Shown: in pieces, positions 62,320 through 64,000 of the stretch
Position numbering within the stretch: the first letter of the stretch is position 1
Layout: every line of letters starts with the position of its first letter
Notes under the pieces: model-generated
Told to the model about the DNA's origin: nothing
Databases searched by the model: none
Seen by the model: the letters and a program-made list of their open reading frames with translations, nothing else
From: Octopus sinensis
Lineage: Eukaryota
Assembly: GCF_006345805.1 (NCBI RefSeq)
Contig: NC_043006.1
Location: forward strand, 51,026,001-51,090,000
Reading direction: 5' to 3'
Length of the DNA: 64,000 bases
Made by a program: the position numbers and the translations under genes

Positions 62320-62735
62320 TTAGGAGGAGGGGGCTGTGTTAAGTCCGTGTGGGGTAGTGGTTTGTAGGGTGAAGATGTAGCGTTGCTCCAAGTGGAGCCT
62401 AGAAAGTGGACGACCATTGTGGGGGGCGAGACCAAACACTGAGATTTCATCTAGGGAATGGCTGGCCGAGCGGAAGTGGCGTGCGACGGGAGAAAAAGAG
62501 TGTAGGCGAACGTCCCTCAAATGTTCTGTGAATCGGTCGGACAACCGGCGTCCCGTCTGTCCCACATACAGCATCCCGCATAGGTTGCATTTAATGCAGA
62601 AAATGAGGCCAGACGAGGTGCACGTAAAAGAGTGCCTAATACGTACAGTTCGCCGGTTGGAGCCAGTGACAGCAGTGGTGTTGGTGATGAAGGGGCAAGT
62701 GTTGCAGCGGGATCTAGAGCAAGGGAATGATCCGT
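62320..62735 (-). mobile_element. Penelope-like (Neptune-type) GIY-YIG endonuclease ORF end, 5'-truncated
   Basis: GSFPCSRSRCNTCPFI...FTCTSSGLIFCIKCNLCGMLYVGQTGRRLSDRFTEH...LEQRYIFTLQTTTPHGLN; Cys-rich linker plus GIY-YIG; open frame. Confidence 0.9.
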
Positions 62736-62744
62736 GTGATATAT

Positions 62745-62875
62745 ATATATAAACCAATTTCAACGGATTTCGCCCAAATTTGACGTCGATGTTAATTAGT
62801 TTGGTTTGAAATAAAGAACTTGATTAGCTTAATAATCCTAACTTAATCCCGGGCAAAGCCGGGTTATACTGATAG
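62745..62875 (+). mobile_element. Helitron 3' end
   Basis: Hairpin CCCGG-GCAAAG-CCGGG followed by TATACTGATAG|T, similar to the 56086 terminus. Confidence 0.6.
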
Positions 62876-63106
62876 TTATAAATATGAATGTGCACACACA
62901 TCTGCATATGCCTCTAATATATGGATTACATGTATCCACATATGCATAAACACACAACCACTCACACACACACATGCATACACACGCCCATACAGAGTAC
63001 GATGGGTAAATTGTTACCATTTTATAAATCTTAATTTCGCGCATGCACATTGTTTGTTTTTGATTTATAGTAGGGTCAGTTGGGAAACGTCTGTAGAAAA
63101 ACAGCA

Positions 63107-64000
63107 TCATGACACAGTTCACTCTGCCAGAAATCTAGAAACGACATGCTGTACTGCTTGGCATTCGTGCCGGAAGCTCCAATACGAACATTTCAGAGCG
63201 TTTGAGTGTGAATTTGAGGACAGTGCGGAGGATTCGGAAAGAGATGGAATGAGTCTAATGGTGATTACGAAGGTATGGCAGCTCAGAAAACTCACTCTGA
63301 TTGTTCTAAGAAAAGAACTCCTGAATTTGTTGGTGAGATCCAGGTCATGATTGACAACGACCCCTCCAAGTCAATCTTGTCTATCACCAGGGACATGGGA
63401 GTCTTTATTTTATCAGGCAAGTAGTGCATGAAGACATTCAGTATTCCTCATGAGAAAGGGCCAATTTTTATTCTAATTTATCAAGGACAAAAAGAAAGAC
63501 CGCGCTGCGAAGCTTTTGAACAAACTCAAGCAGCCCGTCCAACCGAACATGCTTTGGTTTTTCTCAGACGAGAAGAATTTCTGCCAGGTTCAGATGGTCA
63601 ATACGCAAAACAACCGTTGACTTACGGTGTCCCCAAAACATATACTGTCAACATCATGGTGTTTGGAGTGATCACTTGTGATGGCGACGTTATGTCTCCA
63701 GTCATCTTCCCACAGGACCTCAGACTCAACACGGAGGCCTACATCAAGTGCCCGAAGGCAGTAGTGCTGCCCTGGGTCAAGAGGGTGGCTGCTGGAAGAC
63801 CCCCATGTCTGGCAACAGGTATCTGCACCTGCCACACAAGTAGGAGAACCCAGTCATGGCCGTCAGACAATTTCTGGGACCACATCACCCCTAACATCTG
63901 ACCATCTAACTCCCCAGACTGCAACCCCTTTGATTATTATGTATGGGGTGCAGATAAGCGAGAGACCAACAAAACTCCTTATGTCACCAAAGATAACCTG
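63107..64000 (+). mobile_element. Degenerate DD37D (maT-type) Tc1/mariner transposase, runs off the window
   Basis: KRTPEFVGEIQ.MIDNDPSKSI...FFSDEKNF...IMVFGVIT.DGDVM...CHTSRRTQSW...SPDCNPLDY with frameshifts. Confidence 0.85.

Overview
AT-rich, microsatellite-dense eukaryotic genomic DNA. The SINE/LINE families suggest an octopus or other cephalopod (inference). Two minus-strand host genes were reconstructed by hand from splice sites. One is a complete 12-exon BBS5 (CDS 41827->16567, 1020 nt, 339 aa) with a consensus RFX X-box 39 nt upstream of its ATG. The other is the first two coding exons of an N-terminal SAP-domain gene, probably SARNP, that runs off the left edge. The rest is transposon debris: mariner, maT, hAT, Helitron, MITEs, RTE/Tx1/CR1 LINEs, Penelope-like elements (PLEs) and tRNA-derived SINEs. 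The most interesting signal is a network of hammerhead-ribozyme (HHR) motifs tied to PLEs. (i) Two elements have about 280-340 bp inverted arms, each with an outward-reading HHR; the young one is intact and the old one encloses a GIY-YIG fragment. (ii) There is a dispersed minimal HHR family. (iii) A tRNA-headed SINE-like family carries an HHR in its tail and has PLE-style 5' inversions, suggesting a SINE mobilised by Penelope machinery. Two U2 snRNA fragments covering nt 1-45 and nt 46-end lie in opposite orientation 4 kb apart, as expected from an inversion through a U2 copy. All coordinates were counted by hand; repeat boundaries are approximate and reference sequences were recalled from memory, not searched.
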